Below, piece by piece: positions 42,271 to 52,551 of a stretch of DNA of 58,339 nucleotides; within the stretch, counting starts at the first letter, position 1; every line of letters begins with the position of its first letter. The translations under genes and the position numbers were made by a program. The notes below the pieces were generated by a model. It made no database searches. It had not been told where the DNA came from and was given only the letters and a program-made list of their open reading frames with translations. Origin of the DNA: an uncultured Burkholderiaceae bacterium. GTDB taxonomy: Bacteria; Pseudomonadota; Gammaproteobacteria; Burkholderiales; Burkholderiaceae_E. The DNA is taken from positions 1-58,339 of the forward strand of contig CAXBNM010000001.1 of the NCBI GenBank assembly GCA_963976885.1, written 5' to 3'.

Positions 42271-45200
42271 ATGCCCCCACTTCCGCGCAGGTATTGCGCA
42301 CGCCCTCTCTGGAACGCAGCCGGTTGGCGCAACGATTGCGACGCGTGTTGCGTGGTGATGTGATGTTCGATGCGGCGTCGCGCGGTCGTTATGCGACCGA
42401 TGCGTCGATTTACCAGGTCGATCCGATCGGCGTAGTCGTGCCCCGTGACGACACCGATGTGCAAGCCGTTTTCGACATCGCCCATGAAATGAAGGTGCCG
42501 ATTCTGCCCCGTGGTGCCGGGACGAGTCAGTGCGGGCAAACCGTGGGCGAGGCGCTGGTCATCGATAACAGTCGTCACCTGCGTGCGGTCACCGATCTTG
42601 ATGTCGAGGCGCGTACGGTCTGCGTGCAGCCCGGTGTCGTGCTCGACCATCTCAATGCGCAACTCAAGCCGCACGGCCTGTGGTTTCCGGTGGATGTATC
42701 CACCAGCGCCCAGGCTACGCTGGGGGGCATGGCTGGCAACAATTCATGCGGGTCACGCTCCATTGCCTACGGCAACATGGTGCATAACGTGACCGGCATC
42801 GATGCGATGCTGGCCGATGGCACGCGGCAGTTTTTCGGGCCCTTCGGCACCGATGGCAGCGCCGCACTGAGCAGCACCCGCACCAGCAAACTGGTGTCGG
42901 CCTTGTTTGATCTTGCCGAGCGCGAGCGCGACGAGATCACCCGGCAGTGGCCGCAGGTATTGCGCCGGGTGGCTGGCTACAACCTCGATGTTTTCAATCC
43001 GCGCTCACCGCGCCCCTATACCGACGATGGTTCGGTCAATCTGGCGCACCTGCTGGTTGGCTCCGAAGGCACGCTGGCGTACTTCAACAAGCTGCATCTG
43101 AAGCTGGCGCCATTGCCCACGCACAAGGCGTTGGGCGTGGTCAACTTTGCGCGCTTTCGCGACGCGATGGCGGCCGCGCAGCATATTGTGACGCTGGCAC
43201 CGTGCGCCGTCGAACTGGTTGATCGCACGATGATTGATCTGGCGCGCCGCAACCCGGCGTTTGCGGCCGTCATGGAGACCGCGCTGGTTGACCCGTCGGC
43301 ACCCACGCCCGAGGCCATTTTGCTGGTGGAATTTGCCGGCGACGATGCGACCGAACAAGCCGCGCAAGTGGTGCGGCTGGCCGAGCTGATGGCCGACGCC
43401 GGCCATCCCGGCAGTGTCGTGGCGATGCCTGAACCGGCCCGCCAGAAGGCGTTGTGGGATGTGCGCAAGGCGGGTCTGAACATCATGATGTCGCTGCACG
43501 GCGACGGCAAGCCGGTCAGCTTCATCGAAGACTGTGCGGTGCCGCTCGAACACCTCGCCGACTACACCGACCAGCTTACCGAAGTGTTTGCGCGTCACGG
43601 TACCCGCGGCACCTGGTATGCGCATGCGTCAGTGGGCACCTTGCATGTGCGGCCGATTCTCGACATGCGCCGCGATGGCGCGGCCAAAATGCGCGCCATT
43701 GCACAAGAGGCCTCCGAATTGGTACGCAAGTACAAAGGCGCATTTTCCGGCGAGCACGGTGATGGCCTGGTGCGCAGCGAGTGGGTGAAGTGGCAGTTTG
43801 GTGACCGGCTCAATCGCGCTTTCGAGGAAGTGAAGGATTTGTTCGATCCCGACGGCTTGATGAATCCGGGCAAGATCGTGCGCTCCTCACGCATGGATGA
43901 CACCAGCCTGTTCCGCTTTCCGCCCAGCTACAAGGTGACGCCGGTCAGCACGGTTCTCGACTGGTCGGCATGGGACGTGCAAGCCGATCCGCAGACCGAG
44001 GTGCAGACGGCGCCGGGCACCGGTGGTGATCCGGCCGGCGGCTTTGCCAAGGCGGTCGAGATGTGCAACAACAACGGCCATTGCCGCAAGTTCGATGCCG
44101 GCACGATGTGTCCGAGCTACCGTATAACGCAGAACGAGCAACACCTGACCCGGGGCCGGGCCAACACCTTGCGACTCGCCTTGTCGGGAGCCATTCCGGG
44201 CGGCGTAGCCAGCGAGGCGGTACAGGAAGCGCTGGCGCTTTGCGTGGGCTGCAAGGGGTGCAAGCGTGAGTGTCCGACCGGTGTGGACATGGCGCGCATG
44301 AAAATCGAAGTGGCCGGCCAGCGGCGGCGCAAGTATCCGCTCAAATTGCGCGAACGCCTGGTTGCCTATCTGCCGCACTATGCGGCCAAAGCGGCGCCGT
44401 TTGCCGCACTGCTCAATTTGCGCGACAAGTTGCCCGGCATGGCGGCGCTGAGCCAGGCGGTGTTGGGAATTGCCAGTGCCCGTTCAATGCCGCGCTGGCG
44501 TTCCGACACCTTCTGGCGTCGGCAACGCCGCAGTGCCGCGCCGATCGTGCCGATGGCCGACGCCGATCTGGTGCTCTGGGTTGATACCTTCAATAACGCG
44601 TTCGATCCGCAGATTCTCGAGGCTGCGCTGACGGTCTTGCAGGCGGCCGGCAAGCGGGTTGCGCTGGCGCAGCCACCGGCTGGCGAGCGACCGCTTTGTT
44701 GTGGCCGTACCTTCATGGCCAGTGGGCTGATCGATCAGGCTCGCGAGGAAACGCGCCGGGTGCTGGACGCGCTTGCGCCGGCCATCGCCAAAGGTTTGCC
44801 CGTGGTCGGGCTGGAGCCTTCGTGCCTGTTGACCTTGCGCGATGAGACGCTGACCCTGGGCCTCGGTGAGCCGGCCGAAAAGCTGGCCGAGCTGGCCCGG
44901 ACCTTTGAGGAATATCTGGCCGCCGAGCATCAGGCCGGCACCTTGCCACTTGCCTTGCAGCCGCTGGCCGCCGGCAAGGTGTGGTTGCATGGCCATTGTC
45001 ACCAGAAGGCGCATGATGCGGTCCGGCCGATTCAAACGGTGCTAGGGTTGATCCCGGACCTGGAGCTTGCGCTGATCGAGTCCAGTTGTTGCGGGATGGC
45101 TGGTGCGTTCGGCTTTGAAGCCGAGCACTACGACGCCTCGATGGCGATGGGCGAATTGTCGCTGTTGCCGGCGGTGCGCAAGGCCGAGCCCAATGCGCTG

Positions 45201-45314
45201 GTGGTCGCCGACGGCACAAGTTGCCGCCATCAGATTCATGACGGCGCCCAGCGCGAGGCCTTGCACGTGGCGCAGATATTGCAAATGGCGCTTGCCGATA
45301 AGATGCCGGGCTGA
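42267..45314 (+). CDS. ydiJ: FAD-binding and Fe-S-binding oxidoreductase, YdiJ-like (GlcD-GlcF type fusion; D-2-hydroxyacid dehydrogenase family)
   Basis: The 1015-aa product has an FAD-PCMH N-domain (PRGAGTSQCGQ), GSEGTLA, a Cys cluster CNNNGHCRKFDAGTMCPSYRITQNE... and CVGCKGCKRECP, and C-terminal CCG-type Cys motifs (CCGMAG). The layout is collinear with my recollection of E. coli YdiJ. Confidence 0.85.
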   Translation: MNAPTSAQVLRTPSLERSRLAQRLRRVLRGDVMFDAASRGRYATDASIYQVDPIGVVVPRDDTDVQAVFDIAHEMKVPILPRGAGTSQCGQTVGEALVIDNSRHLRAVTDLDVEARTVCVQPGVVLDHLNAQLKPHGLWFPVDVSTSAQATLGGMAGNNSCGSRSIAYGNMVHNVTGIDAMLADGTRQFFGPFGTDGSAALSSTRTSKLVSALFDLAERERDEITRQWPQVLRRVAGYNLDVFNPRSPRPYTDDGSVNLAHLLVGSEGTLAYFNKLHLKLAPLPTHKALGVVNFARFRDAMAAAQHIVTLAPCAVELVDRTMIDLARRNPAFAAVMETALVDPSAPTPEAILLVEFAGDDATEQAAQVVRLAELMADAGHPGSVVAMPEPARQKALWDVRKAGLNIMMSLHGDGKPVSFIEDCAVPLEHLADYTDQLTEVFARHGTRGTWYAHASVGTLHVRPILDMRRDGAAKMRAIAQEASELVRKYKGAFSGEHGDGLVRSEWVKWQFGDRLNRAFEEVKDLFDPDGLMNPGKIVRSSRMDDTSLFRFPPSYKVTPVSTVLDWSAWDVQADPQTEVQTAPGTGGDPAGGFAKAVEMCNNNGHCRKFDAGTMCPSYRITQNEQHLTRGRANTLRLALSGAIPGGVASEAVQEALALCVGCKGCKRECPTGVDMARMKIEVAGQRRRKYPLKLRERLVAYLPHYAAKAAPFAALLNLRDKLPGMAALSQAVLGIASARSMPRWRSDTFWRRQRRSAAPIVPMADADLVLWVDTFNNAFDPQILEAALTVLQAAGKRVALAQPPAGERPLCCGRTFMASGLIDQAREETRRVLDALAPAIAKGLPVVGLEPSCLLTLRDETLTLGLGEPAEKLAELARTFEEYLAAEHQAGTLPLALQPLAAGKVWLHGHCHQKAHDAVRPIQTVLGLIPDLELALIESSCCGMAGAFGFEAEHYDASMAMGELSLLPAVRKAEPNALVVADGTSCRHQIHDGAQREALHVAQILQMALADKMPG

Positions 45315-45570
45315 AGCCGCCGCGCCGGTTGCCGCTCTGCTGAGTGGATCGACCCGTTGGCGCGGGTCGACGCCCGGTGCGTTTCGCGTGGCAGAAAATG
45401 GCGGGTGAGGCATTGCGCCAAATTCCGCGAAACCGCATTTTCGACACGCCGTGCCGCGCGATCGCGGCGAAGTCGGCTTCAGCGCTTGTCTCTGCCGGCC
45501 GATCAAAATAAAGTGGTGCTGCAACACCGTGCAAAACGGTGATCGACAGAACCAACGGAGAGCGCATTCC

Positions 45571-46404
45571 ATGCCGGAACAACGCGAGGCAAATCTCAAC
45601 AGGCTACGCAATGAGGCCTTGAAAATCAGGCGCAATATCTGGCGCGCCCTGCATGCTTCAGGCTCGGGCCATATGGGCGGCTCCTTGTCGGCAGCCGATC
45701 TGCTGGCAGCTCTGTACTTTCATCACATGCGTTTACGCCCGGCCGAGCCTGACTGGCCCGGCCGCGACCGCTTTGTGTTGTCCAAAGGGCATGCCAATGC
45801 GGCGCTCGGCGCGGTACTGGCGCAGGCCGGCATCATCGACGACGCCATCATCGACAAGTTCTATGCCTATGAGTCCTTGTTCGGCATGCATCCGGACATC
45901 AAGCTGGCCGGCGTGGAAATGAGTACCGGCGGCCTGGGCCACGGTCTGTCGATCGGTCTGGGCATGGCCCTGGGCGCACGATTGCAAGCGCGCGACTTTC
46001 GCGTGCTGGTGATGATCGGTGATGGCGAGTTGCAGGAGGGCTCCAACTGGGAAGCCGCGATGGCCGCTGCGCACCAGCGCGTAGCAAATCTGACCGCCAT
46101 TCTCGATTACAACAAGGTGCAACAAAGCGGCAGCGTCGAAACCATGATGTCGCTCGAACCCGTTGCCGACAAATGGCGGGCCTTTGGCTGGGAGGTACGC
46201 GAAATCGACGGTCACGACATGGCACAGATTGTGGCCACGCTCGATGCGCTGCCGCTGGCTGCCGACAAGCCGTCGATCATCATCGCCCATACCGTGAAAG
46301 GCAAGGGGGCGAGCTTTGCCGAAAACAATTATCTGTGGCACAGCAATATGGTTACCGACGACGTTTACCGCGATGCGTTGGCCGAACTGGGAGAGCCAAC
46401 ATGA
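45571..46404 (+). CDS. Transketolase, N-terminal (TPP-binding) subunit
   Basis: acggagag RBS. GSGHMGGSLSAADL, SKGHANAAL and GDGELQEGSNWEA. Confidence 0.92.
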   Translation: MPEQREANLNRLRNEALKIRRNIWRALHASGSGHMGGSLSAADLLAALYFHHMRLRPAEPDWPGRDRFVLSKGHANAALGAVLAQAGIIDDAIIDKFYAYESLFGMHPDIKLAGVEMSTGGLGHGLSIGLGMALGARLQARDFRVLVMIGDGELQEGSNWEAAMAAAHQRVANLTAILDYNKVQQSGSVETMMSLEPVADKWRAFGWEVREIDGHDMAQIVATLDALPLAADKPSIIIAHTVKGKGASFAENNYLWHSNMVTDDVYRDALAELGEPT

Positions 46405-47369
46405 GCGCGACGAGCACCACCGACGATTGGGTCGCAAAGGTTCAGAATCAGTCGCGCCTGTCTTTCGGTCTTGCCGTTACCGACATGGCCGAGCGGGACG
46501 AACGGGTCGTGGCCATCTCTGCCGATACGCTTGATCTGCTCGGGTTGCGGGCCATGCAGGCGTCCAGTCCGTCGCGGGTCATCGAGGCCGGCATTGCCGA
46601 ACAGAACGCCATGGGGATGGCCAGTGGTCTGGCAACTACCGGCATGCGGCCTTATCTCTGCGGCTATGCGCCGTTCATTACCGCGCGCTCGATGGAGCAA
46701 TTGCGCAACGACGTGGCCTATGCTCGTCAGCGCGTTGTTATCGGTGCGGCCTGTTCAGGGATTACGCTGGCCGTTTCCGGCGGTACCCATCACGCGGTTG
46801 AAGACATTGCGATCATGCGAAGTTTGCCCGGGATGACCGTGGTGGTGCCCGCCGATGCCATTCAGGCCTGGCATCTGACTCGGGCAACCGAGTCACTTGA
46901 TGGCCCGTGTTATGTGCGGCTGGGCGGACGCTACGAAGAAAAACCGATTACTGCGGTGGCGGCGACACCCACAATCGGCAAGGCCGATACGCTGCGCGAG
47001 GGCAATGATGTGACGGTGATTGCCTGCGGCGCGTTGGTGCCCGAGGCGGTTGCGGCGGCCGACGAATTGGCGAAAGAGGGGATCGCTGTGCGCGTCATCA
47101 ACATGCACACCATCAAGCCGCTCGACCGGGATGCGGTGCTTGCGGCCGCGGCCGAAACGCGGGGCATCGTCACCGCCGAAGAGCATCACCTGACGGGGGG
47201 CCTGGGCGGCGCTGTTGCCGAGTTGCTGGCCGTTGAGCACCCGGCCAGAATGCGCTTTGTCGGGCTGCGCGATGAATTTGCAATTGTCGGGCCAACGCCG
47301 GTGGTGCGCGAGCACTACGGCATGTGTGCGAGCAACATCGTTGCCCAATGTCGTGAGTTGCTGGGCTAG
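46401..47369 (+). CDS. Transketolase, C-terminal (pyrimidine-binding) subunit
   Basis: ATGA overlap with the N-subunit stop. EAGIAEQNAMGMASGLA, and a C-terminal domain with VRVINMHTIKPLD. Confidence 0.92.
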   Translation: MSATSTTDDWVAKVQNQSRLSFGLAVTDMAERDERVVAISADTLDLLGLRAMQASSPSRVIEAGIAEQNAMGMASGLATTGMRPYLCGYAPFITARSMEQLRNDVAYARQRVVIGAACSGITLAVSGGTHHAVEDIAIMRSLPGMTVVVPADAIQAWHLTRATESLDGPCYVRLGGRYEEKPITAVAATPTIGKADTLREGNDVTVIACGALVPEAVAAADELAKEGIAVRVINMHTIKPLDRDAVLAAAAETRGIVTAEEHHLTGGLGGAVAELLAVEHPARMRFVGLRDEFAIVGPTPVVREHYGMCASNIVAQCRELLG

Positions 47370-47410
47370 CGGCCATGGGCAGCAGGCGGCGTTCCGGCCT
47401 GACAAAGCAT

Positions 47411-48262
47411 TCAGGCCTGGCGTTGCCCCATCCCGCGTAAATCCTGAACGACCTCGCGCATGACCTCTTGTTGAATCGAGATCATTTCCTCCCCCAGCGA
47501 TCGTACGAACTGTCTTTGCATGCTGGTCACGGCCGGATTCTCCTGCAGCGCTACATACGCTTGCAGATCGGCCAGTGACAAGTGGCGATAAAGATATAAA
47601 TAAGTGAGTTGCACCTGGCGGGCATGCTCTGGTCTGGCGCGCTCGGCGTATTGCTTCATCCGGACCAGGGTTGCCTCGGTGGTTGCCAGCGGGGCGTGAC
47701 CGGCCAACTCTTGTTTGGCGATATGCGCACCATACACATTGGTGGCGGCAATGGTTACCGCCATATCCGTGACACCAATGGCTTTGTCAAGGCGCTTGAT
47801 GGCCTGCAATCGAACCCGGCCCTCGTTCGTCTTGCGCAAGCGTGCCGCGTGTTCGATCAGTACCTCGGACGGCACTGCCTGAAAAGCAAGTTCATGGCGG
47901 AGTGCTTTGCGGGCGACGGGCGATTCAGACAGCGCCAGCAAGGCCTGCAGTTGTGGCGTGCTGGCCTGCTCGAGCGTCTGGCGCAGTGCGTTGGCGAAAC
48001 GTTCAGCGCGGGTGTAGTGCCGGTAATGGGCGAGCAGGCGTTCACGACGTTCGGGGCTCAACGCAAGCATCTGCGGATGCTGCTCCATCCCGGCAATCAG
48101 ATTGTCCACCATCGATTCGCTCAGGGCCGCCAGGCGTGTGCTCTGCCAGACCTGCTGCACCAGTTCGGGATTGCTCTCATGGGCGGCACCGGGCACGGGC
48201 AGCCAGAGCATGGTCAGCACCAGAACGGTCAGTCGAATCAGCTTGGAGAGGCGCTTGAGCAA
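47411..48262 (-). CDS. Hypothetical secreted protein
   Basis: A TTG start gives MLKRLSKLIRLTVLVLTMLWLPVPGAAHE, which is signal-peptide-like. The product is helical and repeat-like. No family recognised and no clear SD. Confidence 0.5.
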   Translation of the reverse strand: MLKRLSKLIRLTVLVLTMLWLPVPGAAHESNPELVQQVWQSTRLAALSESMVDNLIAGMEQHPQMLALSPERRERLLAHYRHYTRAERFANALRQTLEQASTPQLQALLALSESPVARKALRHELAFQAVPSEVLIEHAARLRKTNEGRVRLQAIKRLDKAIGVTDMAVTIAATNVYGAHIAKQELAGHAPLATTEATLVRMKQYAERARPEHARQVQLTYLYLYRHLSLADLQAYVALQENPAVTSMQRQFVRSLGEEMISIQQEVMREVVQDLRGMGQRQA

Positions 48263-48410
48263 GAGGAAGTGTGTCTGTGAACGGAGTGCTGCAAGCGTAC
48301 GTTGCGCAGACGCGACCGGGCAATATGTGGCGCGACCGTCCAGCCCGGTGATTTTGCCGTCGGCCGGTCAGTCCAACGGCGTGCTCTGAAAAGGGGGCAT
48401 TTCTGCCCGT

Positions 48411-50492
48411 TCAAACAGCCGGCGCACGGACCCAGACGGCGGTGTCGTGGAAGACCGCACCGCCGCTCGGATAGCCCGGCTCGGCAGACGTGAGCGTGTT
48501 GACACCAGCACCGCCGGCAAACGCCTGGTTGGGCCAGATGCCCTCGAGAACGACAACCCCGGTTTGCTGGCCGGGCGAGGCACTGGCATGCGCCAGCACT
48601 TGCCCTTGTTCATTGCCGAGTTCGACGAGCTCGTCTTCGGCGACGCCCAGCGCCGTCAAATCATCGGGATGCAGGCGGGCGGTGGGGCGTTGTTCGCGCT
48701 TGCGTGAACTTTCCGTTTCGGTGAACGTGGTGTTCAGAAAGGTGCGGGCCGGGGCAGCCACCAGGCGGAAGGGCTTGCTGGCGGTGGCCTTGTCGATGAC
48801 ATCGCAATGATCGGGCAGCACCGGCATTTGTTGCCAGCGCCCGCCCAGCGCCTGCCAGTCGGGTTTGAAGCGAAAGCGCTTGTCGGGCCAGCCAAAGCCG
48901 TCCAGAAAATGGGCGGTTTCAAAAGGCAGAGAGAAATCCTGGCCGCCCTGGGCGATATTGGTGGCCACATCCCACATGCCCGAACTGGCGAGAGAGGCTT
49001 CCATCATTTCAAGGGCGGTCATCGCAAAGCCGGGATGGGTGCCGCCGAGTCGGCGGCCCAGTTCGTTGTTGACGAAATGGTTCTCGCGGCATTCGCCCGG
49101 CGCGTCGACCACCTTGCGAGTGACCTGAAAGGTTGGGTGGCCCGACGCGGTATAGAAATCGTCATGCTCGAGAAACATCGTCGCCGGCAGTACGACATCG
49201 GCCATCTGCGCGGTTTCGGTCATGAATTGTTCGTGCACACAGACGAACAGATCGTCACGCGCAAAACCGGCGTGTACCTTGCGCTGTTCGGGGCAGACGA
49301 CCGCGGGGTTGGTGTTCTGAATCAGCATCGCGGTCACGGGCGGGCCGTTATGCAAAGCGTCTGCGTCGCCGGTAAGAATCGGCCCCAGGCGCGACTGATC
49401 GAGCGCCCGGATCGATTTATCTTCAACATCGAGCCCTTCGATCAGCGTCTTGTCGATCGGGTAGACGGCGTTGTGCGCATAAAGCGCGCCGCCACCGCGG
49501 TGCTGCCAGGCGCCGGTGACGGCCGGCAGACAAGTGACCGCATGCATGTTGGCGGCACCGTTGCGCGAGCGGGAAAAGCCATGGTGGCAACGGATGTAGC
49601 TGGCTTTGTGTTGCCCGTACAGACGCGCGAATTCGATGATGCTTTGTTCGCTCAGCCCCGTAATGGCCGCCGCCCAGGCTGGCGTGCGGGTTAGCAGGTG
49701 GGCGGCCAGTTCGTCGGGGGCGTCGGTGTGGTTGCGCAGATAGTCCAGGTCGGCCATGCCCTCGGCAAACATCACATGCATCATTGCGCAGGCCAGCGCG
49801 CCATCGGTGCCGGGTTTGAGGGCGATGTGCAAGTCGGCGCGGGCCGCGGTGCCGGTGCGGTACGGGTCGACCACCACCAGTTTGGCGCCGCGCTTTTTGG
49901 CGCGCATCACATGGGTCATCACATTGACCTGGGTGTTTACCGGATTGCCGCCCCAGATGATGATCAGTTCGGCGTGGTCGGCGGCTTCGCGCAGATCGAC
50001 GCCGCGTTTGGCACCGGTGCCGGCGATCCAGCCGTTGTCGGCCAGTGTCACGCAGATGGTCGAGTAATAGCGCGAAAAGCCCAGCGCATGGCGCAACCGG
50101 TTGATGCCATCGCGTTGAATGAGCCCCATCGTGCCGGCGTAGTAGTACGGCCAGACGGTGGTAGCGCCATGGCGAGCCGCTTTGAGGGCGAACTGTTCGG
50201 CGACCAGATCGAGTGCATCGGTCCAGCCGATGGGCTCGAACGTGGCCGGACCTTTGCCGGGCCGGCGCCGCAGCGGCTTGAGCAAGCGATCGGGGTGGTG
50301 GATACGCTCGGCGTAGCGGGCCACCTTTTCGCAGATGACGCCGTCGGTATAACTGTTGCGGCGTGAGCCCTTGATCCGGCCAATCGTGTTGGCGTCGATT
50401 TTCTCGACTTCGAGGGCACAGGTGCTGGTGCAGTCGTGCGGGCAAACCGACGGAGCGGTCTGCATGGGCTTGGGCGCGCGTGTCGTTGTCAT
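48411..50492 (-). CDS. Molybdopterin-dependent oxidoreductase (bis-MGD family, cytoplasmic)
   Basis: N-terminal 4Fe-4S motif CPHDCTSTC. Full-length collinear MopB-type product of 693 aa. No Tat signal. Confidence 0.88.
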   Translation of the reverse strand: MTTTRAPKPMQTAPSVCPHDCTSTCALEVEKIDANTIGRIKGSRRNSYTDGVICEKVARYAERIHHPDRLLKPLRRRPGKGPATFEPIGWTDALDLVAEQFALKAARHGATTVWPYYYAGTMGLIQRDGINRLRHALGFSRYYSTICVTLADNGWIAGTGAKRGVDLREAADHAELIIIWGGNPVNTQVNVMTHVMRAKKRGAKLVVVDPYRTGTAARADLHIALKPGTDGALACAMMHVMFAEGMADLDYLRNHTDAPDELAAHLLTRTPAWAAAITGLSEQSIIEFARLYGQHKASYIRCHHGFSRSRNGAANMHAVTCLPAVTGAWQHRGGGALYAHNAVYPIDKTLIEGLDVEDKSIRALDQSRLGPILTGDADALHNGPPVTAMLIQNTNPAVVCPEQRKVHAGFARDDLFVCVHEQFMTETAQMADVVLPATMFLEHDDFYTASGHPTFQVTRKVVDAPGECRENHFVNNELGRRLGGTHPGFAMTALEMMEASLASSGMWDVATNIAQGGQDFSLPFETAHFLDGFGWPDKRFRFKPDWQALGGRWQQMPVLPDHCDVIDKATASKPFRLVAAPARTFLNTTFTETESSRKREQRPTARLHPDDLTALGVAEDELVELGNEQGQVLAHASASPGQQTGVVVLEGIWPNQAFAGGAGVNTLTSAEPGYPSGGAVFHDTAVWVRAPAV

Positions 50493-50510
50493 GCGTCGAT
50501 TATGGCGGCA

Positions 50511-50555
50511 AAAACAAAAAAGCGCCCGCCCGGTACTTGTAAAACCGGACGGGCG
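50511..50555 (-). terminator. Intrinsic terminator downstream of leuA
   Basis: On the minus strand: stem cgcccgtccggt, 9-nt loop, stem accgggcgggcg (12 bp, one mismatch), followed by cttttttgtttttg. It begins 40 nt after the leuA stop. Confidence 0.75.
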
Positions 50556-50594
50556 TTTGTCTGGCGCGGGCGGGCGCCTGTTACTGCAATGGCC

Positions 50595-52283
50595 TCAGGC
50601 GGCCTTGCGTACACCGCCGCGCGTGGCGCGTCGGGCGCCGGACAGAATGGCTGCCAGCGAGGCGGTAATAATGTTGGCATCGATGCCAACCCCAAATACC
50701 GCCTCACCACCGTCAACGCGCATTTCAACATAAGCGACGGCCTGGGCGTCGGAGCCGGCGCCGGTGGCATGCTCGTGATAGGTCAGCACTTCAACCTTGT
50801 GGCCGCTGGCCTGATTGAAGCCTTGCACGAAGGCGTCTATCGGACCGGAACCGCTGCCCTTGATCGTAATGTCCTTGTCGTTGAAGCGTGCGGTGGCAGA
50901 GATGGTCAGTTCGCTCTTGCTGTCGGCGCGCCGCGACTCGTTCATTTCATACGCAGGGGCAATAGCCGGGTCCACCGAGTACTCGGTGCTGAACAGATCC
51001 CACAACTGCTGCGCGGTCAGTTCCTTGCCCTCGGTGTCCATCACCTGTTGCACGGCGCCGCTGAATTCGATCTGCAGACGACGCGGCAATTCGAGGCCGA
51101 ATTCGGCCTGCAACAGATAAGCGATGCCGCCTTTGCCCGACTGGCTGTTGACGCGGATGACGGCCTCGTAGCTGCGACCGACGTCTTTCGGATCGATAGG
51201 CAGATACGGAATGCCCCAGGTATCGCCTTCCTTGAACGCATCGAAGGCCTTCTTGATGGCATCCTGGTGCGAGCCGGAGAACGAGGTGTAGACCAGGTCG
51301 CCGACATACGGATGGCGCGGATGGACCGGAATCTGGTTGCAATGCTCGACGGTGCGACGGATGTCGTCGATGTCGGAGAAATCGAGCCCCGGATTGACGC
51401 CTTGCGTGTACATGTTGAGCGCCATGTTGACGACGTCGACGTTGCCGGTACGTTCACCGTTGCCGAACAAACAGCCTTCAATCCGGTCGGCGCCGGCCAT
51501 GATTGCAAATTCGCCGGCGGCGGTGCCGGTGCCGCGGTCGTTGTGCGGGTGGATCGACAAGATGATGGAATCGCGCCGCTCAAGGTTGCGGTGGGTCCAC
51601 TCGATCATGTCGGCAAAGATGTTCGGCGTTGAGTATTCGACGGTGGAGGGCAGGTTGATGATGCAGGGATGCTCGGGAGTGGGCTGCCAGATGGCGGTGA
51701 CGGCATCGATGACCCGTTTGCCGAATTCCACTTCGGTGCCCGACCAGTGTTCGGGCGAGTACTCGAAGGTCCATTTCGTGTCGGGTTGCTCGGCGGCCAG
51801 CGATTGCAGCAAGCGGGCGTTATCTTCGGCCAGCCCGACGATTTCGTCCTTGTTCATGCCGAGCACGACTTCGCGCATCACCGGCGAGGTTGCGTTGTAC
51901 AAATGGACAATCGCCGCCCGGGCCCCACGCAGCGACTCAAAGGTGCGCCGGACAAGATGCTCGCGTGCCTGAGTCAGGACTTGCACCGTGACGTCGTCAG
52001 GAATCAGATTTTCTTCAATGAGGGCGCGCAGAAAGTCGAACTCGGTTTGCGACGCACTCGGGAAACCCACTTCGATGTGTTTGAACCCGATCTTGACCAG
52101 TTGCGCAAACATGCGCTTCTTGCGGTCGATGTCCATCGGCTCGATCAGCGCCTGGTTGCCATCACGCAGATCGACGCTGCACCACAACGGCGGCTTGGTG
52201 ATCACCGTATCCGGCCAGGTGCGGTCGGACAATTTCATCGGCTCGAAGGAGCGATATTTTTGAGAGGGGTCGTTGAGCATCAT
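50595..52283 (-). CDS. leuA: 2-isopropylmalate synthase (long form)
   Basis: The start [13 protein letters not shown] is at 52283. [22 protein letters not shown], and a C-terminal LeuA dimerisation/regulatory domain. Confidence 0.95.
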   Translation of the reverse strand: MMLNDPSQKYRSFEPMKLSDRTWPDTVITKPPLWCSVDLRDGNQALIEPMDIDRKKRMFAQLVKIGFKHIEVGFPSASQTEFDFLRALIEENLIPDDVTVQVLTQAREHLVRRTFESLRGARAAIVHLYNATSPVMREVVLGMNKDEIVGLAEDNARLLQSLAAEQPDTKWTFEYSPEHWSGTEVEFGKRVIDAVTAIWQPTPEHPCIINLPSTVEYSTPNIFADMIEWTHRNLERRDSIILSIHPHNDRGTGTAAGEFAIMAGADRIEGCLFGNGERTGNVDVVNMALNMYTQGVNPGLDFSDIDDIRRTVEHCNQIPVHPRHPYVGDLVYTSFSGSHQDAIKKAFDAFKEGDTWGIPYLPIDPKDVGRSYEAVIRVNSQSGKGGIAYLLQAEFGLELPRRLQIEFSGAVQQVMDTEGKELTAQQLWDLFSTEYSVDPAIAPAYEMNESRRADSKSELTISATARFNDKDITIKGSGSGPIDAFVQGFNQASGHKVEVLTYHEHATGAGSDAQAVAYVEMRVDGGEAVFGVGIDANIITASLAAILSGARRATRGGVRKAA

Positions 52284-52332
52284 CTGGGGTCTCGCTGGCG
52301 TGTCGGTTAAGTTGTGTGCCCCGGTTCTCAAG

Positions 52333-52375
52333 CACCAAAACCAAAACGGCCCGATGCTGGAGAGCTATCGGGCCG
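52333..52375 (-). terminator. Terminator-like hairpin in the leuA leader (candidate attenuator)
   Basis: On the minus strand: cggcccgat, 11-nt loop, atcgggccg, followed by ttttggttttggtg. It lies 50-90 nt upstream of the leuA start. Confidence 0.55.
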
Positions 52376-52395
52376 TGGGTAGAAGAAGTTGAGCG

Positions 52396-52515
52396 CTACC
52401 GTACCTGCCCGTGATGGCAAATCAGCAGTAGCGCCAGGTCGCTGAAGGCGACGTGCTCGCTGCGTTGGTTGTAGCAGGCGCTATGGCCTGTTTCGCGGAA
52501 ATCAAACTTGTTCAT
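52396..52515 (-). CDS. Candidate Leu-rich leader peptide (39 aa) of the leuA attenuator
   Basis: Hand translation gives MNKFDFRETGHSACYNQRSEHVAFSDLALLLICHHGQVR. The run CTG-GCG-CTA-CTG-CTG-ATT ends about 45 nt before the terminator stem. There is no convincing SD. Confidence 0.4.
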   Translation of the reverse strand: MNKFDFRETGHSACYNQRSEHVAFSDLALLLICHHGQVR

Positions 52516-52551
52516 GGCCCAAAGTTAGCACAGGCTCCCGAATCGGGCAAC

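Noticed and set aside
44713-45635. Minus-strand ORFs 44713..45582 (289 aa) and 45042..45635 (197 aa)
   Set aside because: They are extremely Arg/Pro/Ala-rich, overlap the 3' end of the YdiJ-like gene and its downstream spacer, and have no recognisable domains.
49423-50445. 340-aa minus-strand ORF in an alternative frame of the molybdopterin oxidoreductase gene
   Set aside because: It is Arg/Pro-rich junk, while the 693-aa frame has the CPHDCTSTC cluster and a full-length family layout.
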